Shown piece by piece: positions 18,088-27,139 of a stretch of 55,463 bases of DNA. The notes under the pieces are model-generated. The model ran no database searches and was not told the DNA's origin. It saw nothing but the letters and a program-made list of their open reading frames with translations. The stretch lies in the NCBI GenBank assembly GCA_016219905.1, contig JACRKA010000202.1, forward strand, positions 1-55,463. Direction: 5' to 3'. How positions within the stretch are numbered: the first letter of the stretch is position 1; each line of letters opens with the position of its first letter. This DNA is from Verrucomicrobiota bacterium. GTDB taxonomy: Bacteria; Verrucomicrobiota; Verrucomicrobiia; CAIQCK01. The translations under genes were made by a program, and so were the position numbers.

Positions 18088-19470
18088 GTGGAACCGGATC
18101 CTTCCAACCTGACAACCGCCACGCCAGATGCCGGCTGGCGCAAAGCCCCCGGCTCACCGAGCCTCGCGGAGGTGCATCGCTCGATCCACGTGCCAAGCGG
18201 CGCGGGGTTTTTCAGGAAGATGCTCGCGTTCGCCGGGCCGGGCTACCTCGTGGCGGTCGGCTACATGGATCCCGGCAACTGGGCCACCGACATCGCCGGC
18301 GGCTCGGCGTTCGGCTACACGCTGTTGTCGGTCATCCTGCTCTCCAACCTGATGGCGATCCTGCTCCAGTCGCTCGCGGCCAAGCTCGGCATCGTCACCG
18401 GCCGCGACCTCGCGCAGGCGTGCCGCGACCATTACTCGAAGCCGGTCGCGATCACGCTCTGGGCGCTGTGCGAGGTCGCCATCTGCGCGTGCGACCTGGC
18501 GGAGGTGCTCGGCTCGGCCATCGCGCTGAACCTGCTCTTCGGCCTGCCGATGATCTGGGGCGTGTGCCTGACCGTGCTGGACGTATTCGGCATCCTTTAC
18601 CTGCAAAACAAGAGCTTCCGCTGGATCGAGGCGCTGGTGGTGACGCTCATCGTCGCCATCCTCGCCGCATTCGTCGCCGAGATCTATTTCTGCAAACCCG
18701 ACGCGGTCGCGGTGTTCAAGGGGTTCCTGCCGCGCTTGGAGATCGTGAAGAACCCCGAGATGCTTTACATCGCGATTGGCATCCTCGGCGCGACGGTGAT
18801 GCCTCACAATCTTTACCTGCACTCCTCCATCATCCAGACGCGCAAATACGACCTCACCTCGGCCGGCAAACGCGAGGCCATCAAGTTCGCCGTGTTCGAC
18901 TCCGTCATCGCGCTCTCCACCGCGCTGCTGGTCAACGCCGCCATCCTCATCGTCGCTGCCGCCACGTTCCACAGCACCGGCCATCACAATGTCACCGACA
19001 TCAAGGACGCCTACCAGATGCTCGCGCCCGTGCTGGGCGTCGGGGTGGCGAGCACGTTCTTCGCGCTGGCGCTGCTGGCCTCCGGCCAGAACTCGACGCT
19101 CACCGGCACGCTCGCGGGCCAGATCGTGATGGAGGGTTTCCTGAACTTCCGCATGAAGCCCGCGCTCCAACGGTTCCTGACGCGGGCCGTCGCGATCACG
19201 CCGGCCATCATCGCCATCGCCATCTACGGCGACGCCGGCGCGGGCAAGCTGCTCGTGCTCAGCCAGGTCATCTTGAGCCTCCAGCTTTCGTTTGCCGTCA
19301 TCCCGCTCGTGAAGTTCACCGGCGAGCGCGCCAAGATGGGCGAGTTCACCAACCCGCGGTGGGTCAGCGCGCTGGCGTGGCTGGTCGCCGCCATCATCGT
19401 CGTGCTCAACGTGAAATTCCTCACGGATTACTTCGGCCTCACCGCGTCGCTGATGTCACTGTTCAAATAG
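18088..19470 (+). CDS. mntH: Nramp-family divalent metal (Mn2+/Fe2+) : H+ symporter
   Basis: 460-aa track ORF with a GTG start. 'GPGYLVAVGYMDPGNWATDIAGGSAFGY' carries the Nramp DPGN motif, and 'GATVMPHNLYLHSS' is the conserved MPH motif. Confidence 0.9.
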   Translation: MEPDPSNLTTATPDAGWRKAPGSPSLAEVHRSIHVPSGAGFFRKMLAFAGPGYLVAVGYMDPGNWATDIAGGSAFGYTLLSVILLSNLMAILLQSLAAKLGIVTGRDLAQACRDHYSKPVAITLWALCEVAICACDLAEVLGSAIALNLLFGLPMIWGVCLTVLDVFGILYLQNKSFRWIEALVVTLIVAILAAFVAEIYFCKPDAVAVFKGFLPRLEIVKNPEMLYIAIGILGATVMPHNLYLHSSIIQTRKYDLTSAGKREAIKFAVFDSVIALSTALLVNAAILIVAAATFHSTGHHNVTDIKDAYQMLAPVLGVGVASTFFALALLASGQNSTLTGTLAGQIVMEGFLNFRMKPALQRFLTRAVAITPAIIAIAIYGDAGAGKLLVLSQVILSLQLSFAVIPLVKFTGERAKMGEFTNPRWVSALAWLVAAIIVVLNVKFLTDYFGLTASLMSLFK

Positions 19471-19478
19471 GAGCCGCC

Positions 19479-19907
19479 ATGTATCAAAAAATCCTCGTCG
19501 CGCTGGAAAACAGCCGGGCCGACAAGAGCCTGCTGCCGCACGTCGCCGAACTGGCGAAGCTGCACAAGTCGAAGCTTCTCCTCGTCCACGTCGCCGACGG
19601 CTGGGTCGCCCGCAACTACGACCGCCTCCAGCTCCGCGAATCCCAGGAGATGGTGGAGGACCGCGCCTACCTCGAAGCCACGGCGAAACAGCTCCGCGAG
19701 AAGGGCCTGACCGTCGAGACTTGCCTCGCCCTCGGTGACCCGCCCAACGAAATCCTCAAGACCGCCCAGCGCGAAAAGTGCGACCTCATCGCGATGACCA
19801 CGCACGGCCACCGGCTGCTCGCGGACATTTTCTACGGCAGCACCATCGAGAAGGTGCGGCACGCCTCCATCATCCCGTTGTTGATCGTCCACGCGGCGTC
19901 GAAATAG
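19479..19907 (+). CDS. Universal stress protein (UspA family)
   Basis: This is the last 142 aa of track ORF 17745..19907, from ATG 19479 (MYQKILVALENSRADKSLL...). The C-terminal 'DLIAMTTHGHRLLADIFYGSTIEKVRHASIIPLLIV' is a typical Usp ATP-binding end. The start lies 9 nt after the mntH stop. Confidence 0.85.
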   Translation: MYQKILVALENSRADKSLLPHVAELAKLHKSKLLLVHVADGWVARNYDRLQLRESQEMVEDRAYLEATAKQLREKGLTVETCLALGDPPNEILKTAQREKCDLIAMTTHGHRLLADIFYGSTIEKVRHASIIPLLIVHAASK

Positions 19908-19952
19908 TCTTCCGCCTTCCGATTTCCGCCTTTCTCCTGTAGTCTCGCTGCC

Positions 19953-20960
19953 ATGAGCGACTTCGAGATGCCCGCATTTCCCGTGGCCCGTCCGCGACGG
20001 CTGCGCGCGACCGCAGCGTTGCGGCGGATGGTGCGCGAGACGCGCGTGACCACTGACGGATTGGTGATGCCGCTGTTTGTCCGGCCCGGCAAGGGCGTGC
20101 GCAAGCCCATCGCCTCCATGCCCGGCAACTTCCAGTGTTCCGTGGATGAACTGGTCAAGGAGGCGCGCGCGATCCGTGAGCTTGGCATCCCCGCGATCCT
20201 GCTCTTCGGCATTCCCGACAAGAAGGACGAGAAGGCCAGCGGCGCTTACGCGAAGAACGGCATCGTCCAGACCGCCGTGCGCGCGGTGAAGGACGCCGTC
20301 CCGGAACTGCTAATCATCACCGATGTCTGCAACTGCGAATACACCAGCCACGGCCACTGCGGCATCGTCCGCAAACGCCGCGACGGCGCGCTCGACGTGG
20401 ACAACGACGCGACACTGGAGCTGCTCGCGAAAAGCGCCGTCAGCCACGCCGAGGCGGGCGCGGACATCGTCGCGCCGAGCGACATGATGGACGGCCGTGT
20501 CGCCGCCATCCGCTGCGCGCTCGACAAGGCCGGGTTCGTGAACACGCCCATCATGAGTTACGCAGCGAAGTTCGCGAGCGGGTTCTACGGGCCGTTCCGC
20601 GACGCGGCGGAAAGCCCGCCGCAGTTCGGCGACCGGCGCACCTACCAGATGGACTGCGCCAATGCCGAGGAGGCGTTACGCGAAGTGGCGCTCGACATCG
20701 CCGAAGGCGCGGACATCGTCAGGGTGAAGCCGGGCCTCGCTTATCTCGACCTCGTGCGCCGCGTGAAGGAGCGGTTCGGCTATCCGACGGCGGTCTATAG
20801 CGTCAGCGGCGAGTTCTCGATGGTGAAGGCCGCTGCGAAGAACGGCTGGCTCGACGAGCGCGCCATCGTGATGGAAATCATGACCGCGTTTCGGCGTGCA
20901 GGCGCGGACATCATCATCACCTACTGGGCGAAGGACGTCGCGCGCTGGTTACAGGCGTGA
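19953..20960 (+). CDS. hemB: Porphobilinogen synthase (delta-aminolevulinic acid dehydratase), zinc-type
   Basis: 335-aa track ORF with 'RPRRLR', the Cys-rich zinc site 'DVCNCEYTSHGHCG', the active-site region 'VKPGLAYLD' and '...YSVSGEFSM'. Confidence 0.95.
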   Translation: MSDFEMPAFPVARPRRLRATAALRRMVRETRVTTDGLVMPLFVRPGKGVRKPIASMPGNFQCSVDELVKEARAIRELGIPAILLFGIPDKKDEKASGAYAKNGIVQTAVRAVKDAVPELLIITDVCNCEYTSHGHCGIVRKRRDGALDVDNDATLELLAKSAVSHAEAGADIVAPSDMMDGRVAAIRCALDKAGFVNTPIMSYAAKFASGFYGPFRDAAESPPQFGDRRTYQMDCANAEEALREVALDIAEGADIVRVKPGLAYLDLVRRVKERFGYPTAVYSVSGEFSMVKAAAKNGWLDERAIVMEIMTAFRRAGADIIITYWAKDVARWLQA

Positions 20961-21078
20961 ACGTCTCGCGCCCTTTCTCATGTGCCTGTTGCCGCCAAAG
21001 AGTAGGAAAGGGGGCCATGGAATCCGTGGTTGAATGCGGCGGATGAGTTAATCAACGCGCTGAGGAGATGAGGATGCG

Positions 21079-21834
21079 ATGAAGACTCGACATACATTCG
21101 GCACGCTCATTCTCGCGACGCTGTTGGTCGTTGCGGGGATTGAGACATCGGCAGAGGCACCTGCGCAGGGGCGGGAGGAACACAGCAAAAACTCCGGGAA
21201 GATTGAAAGGCTGGGTAGTTGGGAAGAGGTGACGTTAGAGGTGCATTCAATGACGAACCGGCCTGTAGAGCGTGTGCGCGCGAGAGCATCTCGACACATT
21301 GCTCGGTTTACCTTTCGAGGTGAAACCAAGCCTGCTGATGTCACTGTGACTGTTTTTGCAACGAAAAGCGGACGCGTATGGGTGGGACCGGAGCAGTTGT
21401 TTTATATTGAAACCGAGTCGGGTATTGTTGGTGGGAAAATGTGGGGCGAATCAAAGATCCTCTGGTGCGAAAGCTTAATTAACAAGGCGGAGAATCAACG
21501 CAGCGATCTTGACAGTGCGGTGGGACGCTTTGAAAAAGAGGTCAGTGGACCTAGACTGTTCGATGCCTACAACGGCTATGCACTCAGGAGTGATGAGGAA
21601 CAGATCAAGTTAATCACACCATTTAACCGTGTTTTGATCAACTTCCTCGGCTCAACAAGCGGAAACCCCGAGTGTGAATATAAAGTTCGAGTCGTTGACG
21701 TGATCGGAAACACGCTGTGTCTCGATATGAAAGGTCCACGTAAACGATGCCCTGCCGCCACGCTGTGGATTGACATTAAGTCGAGGAAAGTCGTCAAGGC
21801 CGTGGAAAACGGCAAACAGGTGTTTCCAAAATAG
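21079..21834 (+). CDS. Hypothetical secreted protein in a low-GC islet
   Basis: 251-aa track ORF with GAGGAG upstream of the ATG and a signal-like N-terminus MKTRHTFGTLILATLLVVAGIETSAEA. Composition is ordinary and I recognised no family. It is the only ORF of size in a patch of about 50% GC. Confidence 0.6.
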   Translation: MKTRHTFGTLILATLLVVAGIETSAEAPAQGREEHSKNSGKIERLGSWEEVTLEVHSMTNRPVERVRARASRHIARFTFRGETKPADVTVTVFATKSGRVWVGPEQLFYIETESGIVGGKMWGESKILWCESLINKAENQRSDLDSAVGRFEKEVSGPRLFDAYNGYALRSDEEQIKLITPFNRVLINFLGSTSGNPECEYKVRVVDVIGNTLCLDMKGPRKRCPAATLWIDIKSRKVVKAVENGKQVFPK

Positions 21835-21913
21835 GCAAGCGCAGCCTTGGTAGTTGAACAACCTGCGGTGAGACTCCGCCAAGGAGAGCGCCGCCCCTAC
21901 CGGCCGATGACCA

Positions 21914-22831
21914 TCAACTGGCGAGCCGGTTCTTCCACCACTCGACCGTCTGCCTCAATCCCGCGTCGAGGTCGTAGCGCGGTTTCCAGCCGGTGCTTTT
22001 ACGGAGGCGGGAATTGTCGGCGAGGATGAACATCGGGTCGCCCGGCGAGTAGGGCTGCGCGCCGAGGGCAAGGAGGTCGGGCCGGCCGATGATGGCGGCG
22101 ATTTTCTCGGCGATCTGGCGAACGGGGTCGGGCTGCGCGGAGCCGACGTTGACGATGCCGGTGAGCGCGCTCTGCGCAACGGCGACGATGCCGGAGGCGA
22201 CATCCTCGATGTGCAGGAAGTCGCGGACCTGTTCGCCCGGCGTGAGCTTGAGGGTCTGGCCTTTCAGCAGCGTGTTGATGGCGTAGGGCATGAGCCGCTG
22301 CGGGGCTTCGTCGGGGCCATATTGGTAGAAGAGGCGCACCCAGACGATTTGCATCGGCGTCAGCCGCGCGAACTGTTCGAGCATGAGCGCGGCGGAGAGT
22401 TTGCAGGCGGCGTAGAGGCTGCGCGGCTTGGTCGGGCTGGTCTCGGAGAGGATGGCGCCGGCGTGTTCATACTCGAAGCAGGTGCCGATGCCGACGAGCC
22501 GCCGGCAGCCGAGCGCGGCGAGTTTGCGGGCCAGTTCGATGGTGGCGTTGAGCGAGGCGAAGTTCTCGGGCGCGTCGAGGTATTTGCCGGGCACGGCATA
22601 CCACGCGAGGTGGATGCACAGCTCGGGCCGCACGGCGTCGAGGCACGACTCAAGCTCGGCGGGGTTTTCGAGATTGCACGGGATGACGTGCAGCCGCGGC
22701 AGGAGGTCGCGGATGCGGACGGTGTCGTGGTCGCCGAGAACGGTGGCGTGGACATCGTGCCCCTGCTGGACGAGCAGGCGCGCGACGTGGGAGCCGATGA
22801 AGCCGCCAGCGCCGGTGATCAGTATTTTCAT
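21914..22831 (-). CDS. NAD-dependent epimerase/dehydratase (extended SDR) family protein
   Basis: Track ORF 21914..22969. The real start is at ATG 22831 (MKILITGAGGFIGSHVARLL...). It has the Rossmann motif GAGGFIGS and the catalytic YxxxK motif 'YAACK'. Confidence 0.85.
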   Translation of the reverse strand: MKILITGAGGFIGSHVARLLVQQGHDVHATVLGDHDTVRIRDLLPRLHVIPCNLENPAELESCLDAVRPELCIHLAWYAVPGKYLDAPENFASLNATIELARKLAALGCRRLVGIGTCFEYEHAGAILSETSPTKPRSLYAACKLSAALMLEQFARLTPMQIVWVRLFYQYGPDEAPQRLMPYAINTLLKGQTLKLTPGEQVRDFLHIEDVASGIVAVAQSALTGIVNVGSAQPDPVRQIAEKIAAIIGRPDLLALGAQPYSPGDPMFILADNSRLRKSTGWKPRYDLDAGLRQTVEWWKNRLAS

Positions 22832-22955
22832 GCGGAAGCTTCCGGGATTCTGCGCGGGGCGCACGGCGGCGGCAAAACCAAGTTTTGCCGCATCAAAAAG
22901 TTTGACCGTGCGGCTGCGCGGGGCATGATGGCGGCGGACCAACAAAGGAGACCCC

Positions 22956-23654
22956 ATGAGCAACCCCAATGTCCCGCCCCCGATGCCGCCTGCCGCGCCG
23001 AAGAAGCGCGGTTGTTTCTTCTACGGATGCCTGACCGCCATCATCGCCGGCGTGTTGCTGGCGGTCCTTGGCGGCTTTGGCACCTACTTCGCGATGAAAA
23101 AACTCGCCGGCATCGCCGTGGACTACACGGAGGCCACGCCGGCCCAGTTGCCGAAGGTGGAAGTGTCGCCGTCGGCCTTCGACGCGCTCAAGAAACGCAT
23201 GAACGACTTCAAGGCGGCGTTGGATGCCAGCAAGCCAGCCGCGCTGGCGTTGACCGGCGACGAGTTGAACGTGCTGGTCGCCGGCGAGGCGAGCAAGTCG
23301 CCATGGAAAGACCGCGTCCGGTTTGCGATCGAGGGCAGCGACCTGAAATGCCAGGTCAGCATGCCGCTCGACGACATGGCGAAGGTGCCCGGCTTCGGCA
23401 AACTCAAGGGCCGCTACCTCAACGGCTCCGCCGCGGTGCGGGCGACGATGGAGACCGGCACGTTGGTCGTGACGCTCCAGTCGCTCGAAGTAAGAGGCAA
23501 ACCGCTGCCGTCGGCATTCCTACAGGCGCTGCGCAAAGAGAACCTCGCGAAGGAGGCCTACAACGACGCGGACAACGCGAAATTCCTCAACCGGCTGGAG
23601 AGCCTCAAGATCGCGGAGGGCGCGATGACGCTCGTGGGCAAGTCGGCGCGGTGA
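22956..23654 (+). CDS. Hypothetical membrane-anchored protein
   Basis: 232-aa track ORF with a Pro-rich N-terminus followed by the TM helix 'CFFYGCLTAIIAGVLLAVLGGFGTYFA'. Composition is ordinary and I recognised no family. Confidence 0.65.
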   Translation: MSNPNVPPPMPPAAPKKRGCFFYGCLTAIIAGVLLAVLGGFGTYFAMKKLAGIAVDYTEATPAQLPKVEVSPSAFDALKKRMNDFKAALDASKPAALALTGDELNVLVAGEASKSPWKDRVRFAIEGSDLKCQVSMPLDDMAKVPGFGKLKGRYLNGSAAVRATMETGTLVVTLQSLEVRGKPLPSAFLQALRKENLAKEAYNDADNAKFLNRLESLKIAEGAMTLVGKSAR

Positions 23655-23664
23655 AGCGCGCGCC

Positions 23665-25281
23665 TCACTTGCCGACCGGCTGCTGCTTCGGTTGCTGCAC
23701 GGCCCAGAGGTAACTCTGCGAGGCGACGTAGAGGACGCCGTTGGCCACGACGCCCGTGCAGTAGGACGGCGAGCCGAGGTTGATCTTGTCCAAGACCTTC
23801 GCCTCTTTGCCTGCGGCCATGATGTAGAACGCGTTCTTGGTCGCGAGATAAAGTTTCCCGTCGGCCACAAGCACGCCGCCCCATGTCTCGGCGTTCGTCT
23901 CGTAAACCCAGTAACACTTGCCCGTGTCGGCGTCGAGACAGTGCAGCCGGCCGGCGATGTCGGTGATATAGACCAGCCCGTCGTGCACTGCGGCGGTCGC
24001 AATGGTGCGGTCCAGCCCGTCGTAGCTCCAGAGGCAGCCGGTCTTGGTGATGTCGCCGGTCTTCGTTGCGTCAATGCAGTGAAACATCCCCCTGCCGCGG
24101 CCGTGCGCGGGATCCTGGCCGATGCCGACATAGACGCGGTTCTTGTAGAACACCGGCGTGGCGATGATCTCGCTGGGGCCGACGTAGGTGCCGTCGTTGG
24201 TGTTCGGGCTGGTCTTCTTGCGTTTGTCGCCCTCGTAGAGCGGAATCGGTTTGCCGTCGCGGAACTTGTAATGCGGCGGGTTGCACTCGTAGCGCCAGGC
24301 CTCCTTCAACTTGACCGGTTCCTTCGGCATCGTCGTCAACGCCTCGAACGCGTAACACACGCCGTCGCCGCCGCCGTGGAACACCAGCATCTTGTCGCCG
24401 ACCTTGCCTGCGGACGGCGGCGACCACTCGGCGTGATGGATGCGCCCGCTCAGGCCGTTACCTTCGGTGGCGACGAGCCGCCCAGTGCGCTTGTCCAGCA
24501 CGATCAACGCCGGCGCCTGCGGGTTGATGACGTGCTCGTGCGGCTTGTCCACGCCGTTGGAGGTGCTGGTGTAGAGGAAGTCGCCGATGATCAACACCGA
24601 GCAACTGGCCACGTCATGCGGCCGCACGGCCAACTCCTTCATCATATCCACGCGCCAGATGATGTCGCCGTCCTTCGGGCCGAGCTTGATGGGCGGCTTG
24701 CCGGTGCCGGCCATGAATTGGCCTTCGTCCTTGAACGGCCCGGCGTTGCCGTTGGCCTCGCCGCGCACATCGAGACACAAAATCTCCGCCGCGCTGGTGA
24801 CCACATAGACGCGGTCGCCGTCCACCGTCGGCGACGAACAGGTGCCGAGATGCTGCTGGCCGTAATGCAACCCTTCCGGCAACTCCGTCCGCTTCGGCAC
24901 CTCCAATTGCCAGAGCAGCTTGCCGGTGGCCTCCTCGTAACATTTCACCATCCCGCCCTTCGACCGCTGGAACCGCGGGTCATCGGCGACCCCGAAGTCG
25001 TCCGTGCCGACAAACACGCGCCCCTTGGCGACCGTCGGGTTGCCGTAGGTGGCCGAGCCGAGGCGCGTCACCCACTTCACGTTCTTCGTCGTCGCCATGT
25101 CAATCCCGCTGCCGTCGGTCTTCTTCTCGCCGGGCACGAACGAACCCGGCAGCCCCTTCTCGTCGCAGACCTGGTTGCGGTCGTTGTGACCGCCCCATTG
25201 CGTCCAGTCGGCGGCCATCAATGGCGACGAGAGGACGGCGCTGAGAGTCGTGAGCAGGGACAAACGATGACAGGTGTTCAT
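23665..25281 (-). CDS. PQQ-like beta-propeller repeat protein (BamB/PQQ-binding-like fold), secreted
   Basis: 538-aa track ORF with signal peptide MNTCHRLSLLTTLSAVLSSPLMA. It has 'DWTQWGG' and recurring 'G..Y.....G.L.CLD..TGK..W' blades, for example 'GRLHCLDADTGKCYWVY' and 'EILCLDVRG'. Confidence 0.8.
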   Translation of the reverse strand: MNTCHRLSLLTTLSAVLSSPLMAADWTQWGGHNDRNQVCDEKGLPGSFVPGEKKTDGSGIDMATTKNVKWVTRLGSATYGNPTVAKGRVFVGTDDFGVADDPRFQRSKGGMVKCYEEATGKLLWQLEVPKRTELPEGLHYGQQHLGTCSSPTVDGDRVYVVTSAAEILCLDVRGEANGNAGPFKDEGQFMAGTGKPPIKLGPKDGDIIWRVDMMKELAVRPHDVASCSVLIIGDFLYTSTSNGVDKPHEHVINPQAPALIVLDKRTGRLVATEGNGLSGRIHHAEWSPPSAGKVGDKMLVFHGGGDGVCYAFEALTTMPKEPVKLKEAWRYECNPPHYKFRDGKPIPLYEGDKRKKTSPNTNDGTYVGPSEIIATPVFYKNRVYVGIGQDPAHGRGRGMFHCIDATKTGDITKTGCLWSYDGLDRTIATAAVHDGLVYITDIAGRLHCLDADTGKCYWVYETNAETWGGVLVADGKLYLATKNAFYIMAAGKEAKVLDKINLGSPSYCTGVVANGVLYVASQSYLWAVQQPKQQPVGK

Positions 25282-25412
25282 GAGGAATTGTTCTTGTTGG
25301 TTCAGTGTTTTTGCGCGGTCAGCGTTCTAACACCGCAAGCCGGCGCGCGATTCACCGAGCTTGACGCAAGAGGCCGCGGTGCACAAGCTCTCAACCTCTT
25401 TTTGCCTGAAGG

Positions 25413-26402
25413 ATGACCATGAACCGAATGTGGAAGACTTGTTTGCTTGTCGCACTGAGTGGATTGACTGCCGCCGGCCAACCCGCGGCTTGGGCCGCTG
25501 CTCCGAAGACCGCAAAGAAGACGGCGCCTGCCGCGCCTGCGAAGAAGAACACCATCGCCCGCGACCCGTATCTGGGCGCGATCGTGATGGACGCCGCGAC
25601 CGGAAACGTCCTGTTCGAAGACAAAGCCGATACGAAAGGCTATCCCGCCAGCATGCTCAAGCTGATGGACCTGCTGATCATCCTTGAGATGGTCGAGCAG
25701 GGGAAACTTTCGATGAACGAGCAAGTCCCCGTCAGCGCCAAGGCATCGAAGACCGGCGGCTCGCAGGTCTGGCTCGCCGAGAAGGAATCGTTCACGCTCG
25801 ACGAGATGCTCTACGCGCTGATGGTGCAGTCGGCCAACGACGCCGCCGTGGCGCTGGCCGAGAAGATCGCCGGCTCCACCGAGGCGTTCGTCGGGCTGAT
25901 GAACCAGCGCGCCCAGCAGCTCGGCATGACCGGCACGGTCTTCAACTCGGTCCACGGCCTGCCGCCATCGGCGGGCCAGCAGCACGACGTGACCACCGCG
26001 CGCGACTTCGCCGTGCTCTGCCGTGAACTGCTCAAGCACAAGGACACGCTGCGCTATACCTCCACGCGCGAGCGGCCGTTCCGGCCCAACAATCCCAAGC
26101 ACATGGTTCTGATGCATACCCATAACCATCTGCTCGGCGCGGTCGAGGGCTGCGACGGATTGAAGACCGGCTACATCGCCGCTGCGGGCTACTCCATCGC
26201 CGTCACCGCGCAGCGCAAAGGCCAGCGCGTCATCGTTGTCGTGCTCGGCAGCGCCGACGGCAAGGTCCGCGACGCGAAAGCGGCGGAACTTCTCTCCAAA
26301 GGCTTCCTTGCCCTGCCCGCCGCACAACCAGCCGCGCCAGCCTCCACGCCACTGCCCGCGCCGACTACGGCGACACCGCCGCCGAAGCCAACGAGGAAGT
26401 AA
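25413..26402 (+). CDS. D-alanyl-D-alanine carboxypeptidase (peptidase S11, low-MW PBP)
   Basis: 329-aa track ORF with a signal peptide. It has SxxK in 'YPASMLKLM', SxN in 'VQSANDAA' and KTG in 'GLKTGY'. An alternative start ATG lies at 25419. Confidence 0.85.
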   Translation: MTMNRMWKTCLLVALSGLTAAGQPAAWAAAPKTAKKTAPAAPAKKNTIARDPYLGAIVMDAATGNVLFEDKADTKGYPASMLKLMDLLIILEMVEQGKLSMNEQVPVSAKASKTGGSQVWLAEKESFTLDEMLYALMVQSANDAAVALAEKIAGSTEAFVGLMNQRAQQLGMTGTVFNSVHGLPPSAGQQHDVTTARDFAVLCRELLKHKDTLRYTSTRERPFRPNNPKHMVLMHTHNHLLGAVEGCDGLKTGYIAAAGYSIAVTAQRKGQRVIVVVLGSADGKVRDAKAAELLSKGFLALPAAQPAAPASTPLPAPTTATPPPKPTRK

Positions 26403-26467
26403 GTCCGGTCTGGCGGGCCAAAAGCTGTATTGCACAAACGCCGCGCTTGTCATACAGTCGCCGCGTC

Positions 26468-26728
26468 ATGAAAACGCTGACCGTTCGCTTACCGGAAAAC
26501 CTCGTTTTGGATATCGAGGCGGAGGCGCGCCTTCGGAAGGTGCCGAAGTCCGATGTCGTGCGCGAGCGGTTGAGCCATGCGCCAACCCGCCCCAAGAGCA
26601 GGCAATCCAACGTCATGGACTTGATTGGCGACCTCATCGGCTCGGTGGCGGGCCTGCCGCCCGATTTGAGCGCGCGCAAGAAGCACTACCTGAAGGCGTC
26701 GGGCTATGGTCAAAACCGTCCTCGTTGA
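26468..26728 (+). CDS. vapB: Ribbon-helix-helix (CopG/VapB-like) antitoxin
   Basis: Track ORF 26447..26728. I prefer ATG 26468 (MKTLTVRLPENLVLDIEAEARLRKVPKSDVVRERL), which has a typical RHH N-terminus. It overlaps the downstream PIN gene by 23 nt. Confidence 0.7.
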   Translation: MKTLTVRLPENLVLDIEAEARLRKVPKSDVVRERLSHAPTRPKSRQSNVMDLIGDLIGSVAGLPPDLSARKKHYLKASGYGQNRPR

Positions 26729-27113
26729 TACGGGCTTTCTCGTCGCGCTCTTGAGCCGGGAAGACCGGCATCGTGCTTGGGCGGCCGCCCATGTGCCACA
26801 GCTTGGGCAGATCTGGGTGACATGCGAGGCCGTGCTTTCAGAAGCATTCCATTTGCTCGGCCCGGCGGGCGGATCGAAGCTCGCAGAACTGTTGCGGCGC
26901 GGGGTGGTAGTGCCGGGATTTGACTTGGGTGACGAGCTAGAGCCGGTCCTCAGCCTCATGGACAAATACAGCGATGTGCCGATGAGCATGGCCGACGCCT
27001 GCCTCGTGCGCATGACCGAAACGCTCGCCGATCCCGTCGTCGTCACCACCGACACCGACTTCCGCATCTACCGCCGCCACAGCCGGCAGGTCATCCCCTG
27101 CCTGATGCCGTAA
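26706..27113 (+). CDS. vapC: PIN-domain ribonuclease toxin (VapC family)
   Basis: 135-aa track ORF. 'VLVDTGFLVALL' carries the first acidic residue, followed by 'CEAVLSEAFHLL', 'MSMADACLV' and 'VVTTDTDF'. This is the classic PIN acidic-residue pattern. Confidence 0.85.
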   Translation: MVKTVLVDTGFLVALLSREDRHRAWAAAHVPQLGQIWVTCEAVLSEAFHLLGPAGGSKLAELLRRGVVVPGFDLGDELEPVLSLMDKYSDVPMSMADACLVRMTETLADPVVVTTDTDFRIYRRHSRQVIPCLMP

Positions 27114-27139
27114 CCGTTCGCATTGGCGGGCTGCGCCTG

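Noticed and set aside
16130-19478. Track ORF 16130..17896(+) and the first ~578 codons of 17745..19907(+)
   Set aside because: These are shadows of the CDF and MBL genes and an out-of-frame read through mntH. Only the last 142 codons (the Usp gene from 19479) are credible.
23651-23668. Short GC-rich hairpin GTGAAGCGCGCGCCTCAC between convergent genes, as a terminator
   Set aside because: The stem has essentially no loop and there is no flanking T-tract. It overlaps both stop codons. This is too weak to call.
22211-26453. Track ORFs 22211..23713(+), 23692..25416(+) and 25302..26453(-)
   Set aside because: They are Arg-rich, lack motifs, and each overlaps a well-supported gene in another frame or on the opposite strand (epimerase, PQQ propeller, DD-carboxypeptidase).
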